From Methanothrix sp. (lineage in GTDB: Archaea; Halobacteriota; Methanosarcinia; Methanotrichales; Methanotrichaceae), in contig OY821645.1 of NCBI GenBank assembly GCA_963682135.1, positions 640,001 to 704,000 on the forward strand: DNA of 64,000 nt. Reading direction: 5' to 3'. Positions within the stretch are counted from its first letter, which is position 1; each line of letters opens with the position of its first letter. Below the pieces are notes generated by a model that was not told the DNA's origin, did not search any database, and saw nothing but the letters and a program-made list of their open reading frames with translations. Both the position numbers and the translations under genes were made by a program. Of the stretch, positions 61,505 through 64,000 are shown piece by piece.

Positions 61505-61918
61505 TTAACCCTCTTTTATTATCTCTTCCAGCCTCTTGATGGCAAGAGGTTTCTTCTTTTCAGGAATGGCCGGGACTTCGCCCTCATAGGACAATGCCTT
61601 GGAGATCATAGGCAGCATCTTGGACTCGGACTCGATCATATAAAAGCCCGGCCTCGCTCCTCCACCTCTGCGACCTCGGCAGCGCCTGGGATCGCCTGGC
61701 GGAAAACCCCGGTCTTTTATGAATATGCCGGCAGGGTCAAGGGCCCTTATCTCTTTTATGAGCGCATTTATTACATCTTCTTCGCCGTTTATGACGACGC
61801 CAAAGCAGGTCTCCTTGACGGTAACTTCGTATTTCGAACCGTAAATCTTCATGGCGATATCTGAGGGAAGGATATTCGACTCAGAGGATGTTATCACATA
61901 TTTTGTGACTAACATCAT
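61505..61918 (-). CDS. Methanogenesis marker protein 6
   Basis: KETCFG, KDRGFPPGDPRRCR.RRGG.RPGF. Confidence 0.9.
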   Translation of the reverse strand: MMLVTKYVITSSESNILPSDIAMKIYGSKYEVTVKETCFGVVINGEEDVINALIKEIRALDPAGIFIKDRGFPPGDPRRCRGRRGGGARPGFYMIESESKMLPMISKALSYEGEVPAIPEKKKPLAIKRLEEIIKEG

Positions 61919-63438
61919 CTCACCTCCTTGATGTAAATCGTCTCCCCTTCCGAGACATCTCTTAGCTTCTCCGGTTCCAGTACTCGGCCAATGACGTTCG
62001 TCGCCTCAAACTTCTCGCCGGACGGGCCATATCGTTTATCATCCACGAGCTTCATTCCCACCAGGCCTATCTTCTTGGATACCTGGTTGGAGACGGCTAT
62101 AGAACCGGCAGGTACAGGGCCGGTAGGCTTATTTTCCGGTAGCAGTTCTTTTAAGGTGACAGCATCAATTTCCGGCTTGAAGAGCAGAGTATTCTCATAG
62201 ACAAAATAGACGGGCAAGGGGCCCACAGGTCGCTCCTTAAGGCCTGTGACGTGCCGGAAATAGTCCAGGGTCTTGGGTGCCAGATCATCATAAAGCTGAA
62301 CCGAGACCAAACGGGAGGCGGGGATAGAAACGATGCGCACTTTTTTGTGCTTTAAGATCGACATTGTCTCCCCAGGTTCCTGCTTCACAACTACTGCATC
62401 CTCACCTTCGTATCCTTCCACCTCGGTCTCGATCTCTCTTTTTTGCATCTCTTCCAAGGCATCTTTGAGGCTGCTGCCCATGAGCATGATACGCTTCGGC
62501 GAGACCTCGACCGTTATCAACTGGCCTGGGCCTGCCAGCTTTATCATGTCCATTCCGGATGTGATTCTTGCCACGGCAGAGTGGCCTGGATTCGAGGTTC
62601 GATCCTGTTTGTAGATGAATATCCTACCCAAACCTCGTCCGCTCGTTCTTACCGTCACCACTCCTTCCAGACGAGGCTCGCGGTGCTCGAAGATTATGGG
62701 GACGGTGAGCAACTGATCAGATGAAACATATGAACTGGAGACCGAATCAACCTTGATGGTTCCGTTTCTGGTCAGGGCCAGGAAGAATTCCGCCCCAATC
62801 GGTGCATCTTCGATCAGCTCAGCCCTAACTTCGGTGAAGATCTCTATTCCCTCTTCCATAGGCAAAGCCAGATCGGTTGTGGCCTGTTTTGAGGTTATAT
62901 CCTGCCATTCTACAATGGGCTCTATGCTCAATATTTCGTCGCCTGATTGCAGCCGATCGAGGGTATTTTTGCCGCCTACAATGTGGCCGAGCACACCCCC
63001 GCTCTTTGGTGTGCCGTAAGCTGCCGTATGCCTTCTCCTTATGAAAATGACCTGAGTATTTTCTCGGTCAAATCCGGCTGCACCGAGCACTACCTCCCAT
63101 CGGTTATATTCCTGGGCATCATGTTCAAAAGAGATGGTTGAGGCAAACGGCCCGAAGGCCACGCCATCAACTGAAGCCCATCTTACTGTTGATCTGGATA
63201 TCTTTTCTATGTTTTCGTGCCAGATCCTTTGCAGGTCGTTATCAATCAACTCTATTCTCAGTTTGCCCTTGGTGGTGTTAAGCCAATAGGAATTGGTCTG
63301 GAGACTCTTCTCACCGCGACCTTTGACAATTCCTATTATTGCGCCATTCGCAGGATGGGCGCTGGCTTTGCCCAGGGCATCGGATAGTAGCGCCCCAGGC
63401 AATAGCTCGATCTCTCTGCCATCAACGAAGACTCTCAA
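61915..63438 (-). CDS. Methanogenesis marker protein 3
   Basis: APKTLDYFR..TGL, LLPENKP, YGPSGEKFEATN. Confidence 0.9.
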   Translation of the reverse strand: MRVFVDGREIELLPGALLSDALGKASAHPANGAIIGIVKGRGEKSLQTNSYWLNTTKGKLRIELIDNDLQRIWHENIEKISRSTVRWASVDGVAFGPFASTISFEHDAQEYNRWEVVLGAAGFDRENTQVIFIRRRHTAAYGTPKSGGVLGHIVGGKNTLDRLQSGDEILSIEPIVEWQDITSKQATTDLALPMEEGIEIFTEVRAELIEDAPIGAEFFLALTRNGTIKVDSVSSSYVSSDQLLTVPIIFEHREPRLEGVVTVRTSGRGLGRIFIYKQDRTSNPGHSAVARITSGMDMIKLAGPGQLITVEVSPKRIMLMGSSLKDALEEMQKREIETEVEGYEGEDAVVVKQEPGETMSILKHKKVRIVSIPASRLVSVQLYDDLAPKTLDYFRHVTGLKERPVGPLPVYFVYENTLLFKPEIDAVTLKELLPENKPTGPVPAGSIAVSNQVSKKIGLVGMKLVDDKRYGPSGEKFEATNVIGRVLEPEKLRDVSEGETIYIKEVR

Positions 63439-63439
63439 A

Positions 63440-64000
63440 TTAACTCCCCAGCATCTCCTTCTCTTCCTCTTCCGTGATCTTGGCTAAGACCTCGCTGGGA
63501 AGACCGGTGAAAATCGCCTGCCCGTCGCGCATAAGCATGGCTCGGTCGCAGATATTTTTCACGAAGTCCATGTCGTGGCTTACAATGACAAATGTTTCTC
63601 CCAGCTCCTGGCGAGCATTAAGGATAGACCGCGTAACCTCGATCTTGGTAATGGCATCCATAGTGCCCGTAGGCTCATCCAGGATCACTATTCTCGGCTC
63701 TTTTATTAATACCTGTGCCATGGCCACGCGATGCCTCTCTCCCTCGGAAAGCTCGTCCGGCATCTTGGACAACACTGCTTCTGACTGCTCCTCCGTGAAT
63801 CCCACAGTCTCCAGGGTGTGAATGGCTTTTCTCTCCGCCAGTTCGAAGGGCAGGGAGAGGCCAATGGCCTCGGTCAGGTTTTCTATGACACTTCGGGAGG
63901 GGTAGAGTGTATACTCCTGATGAAGAATGCCGATGTATTTAGTGGCTCGTCCGCGACCGTTGGATCCGAGTACGGCCATGTCCACCCAGTCGTCTCCTAC
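63440..64000 (-). CDS. atwA: Methyl-coenzyme M reductase system component A2 (C-terminal part; runs off window)
   Basis: [31 protein letters not shown]. Confidence 0.92.
   Translation of the reverse strand, partial: VGDDWVDMAVLGSNGRGRATKYIGILHQEYTLYPSRSVIENLTEAIGLSLPFELAERKAIHTLETVGFTEEQSEAVLSKMPDELSEGERHRVAMAQVLIKEPRIVILDEPTGTMDAITKIEVTRSILNARQELGETFVIVSHDMDFVKNICDRAMLMRDGQAIFTGLPSEVLAKITEEEEKEMLGS

Overview
Chromosomal window from a methanogenic archaeon, most likely Methanothrix (Methanosaeta) or a close Methanosarcinia relative. This is inferred from the methanogenesis-marker/atwA cluster, cimA-ilvBHC, an intron-containing tRNA and TPR-rich secreted proteins. Housekeeping genes (hpt, DRG GTPase, leuA, tatD, modAB, mtaD-like, uvrC, ilvC/ilvH/ilvB/cimA, rlmH, mmp7/17/15/5/6/3, atwA) alternate with four accessory patches: (i) 5.3-12.4 kb, a TPR pseudogene carrying IS1634 with IS5 nested inside, a decayed PIN toxin-antitoxin (TA) pair, and a TIR-NB-ARC-TPR (NLR-like) gene with near-identical 120-bp repeats; (ii) 30.9-36 kb, a lectin-like surface protein between IS200/IS605-like hairpins and an IS630-broken permease; (iii) 38.6-42.3 kb, a decayed island at tRNA-Ser(UGA); (iv) 45.4-49.7 kb, co-oriented TA cassettes separated by a GC-rich repeat, headed by a SIR2 gene. 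Best candidates for undescribed biology: (1) leuA has no ATG/GTG/TTG before its catalytic motif but is overlapped by a short ORF with CUU-CUA (Leu-Leu), and cimA has a parallel short ORF with UUU-AUU (Ile), suggesting end-product-sensing +1 ribosomal frameshifting; (2) a STAS / 5TM-SpoIIE phosphatase / NCS2-RsbW-like partner-switching operon in an organism without sigma factors; (3) the repeat-delimited TA cassette array. All family calls come from reading motifs by eye; no database searches were run.
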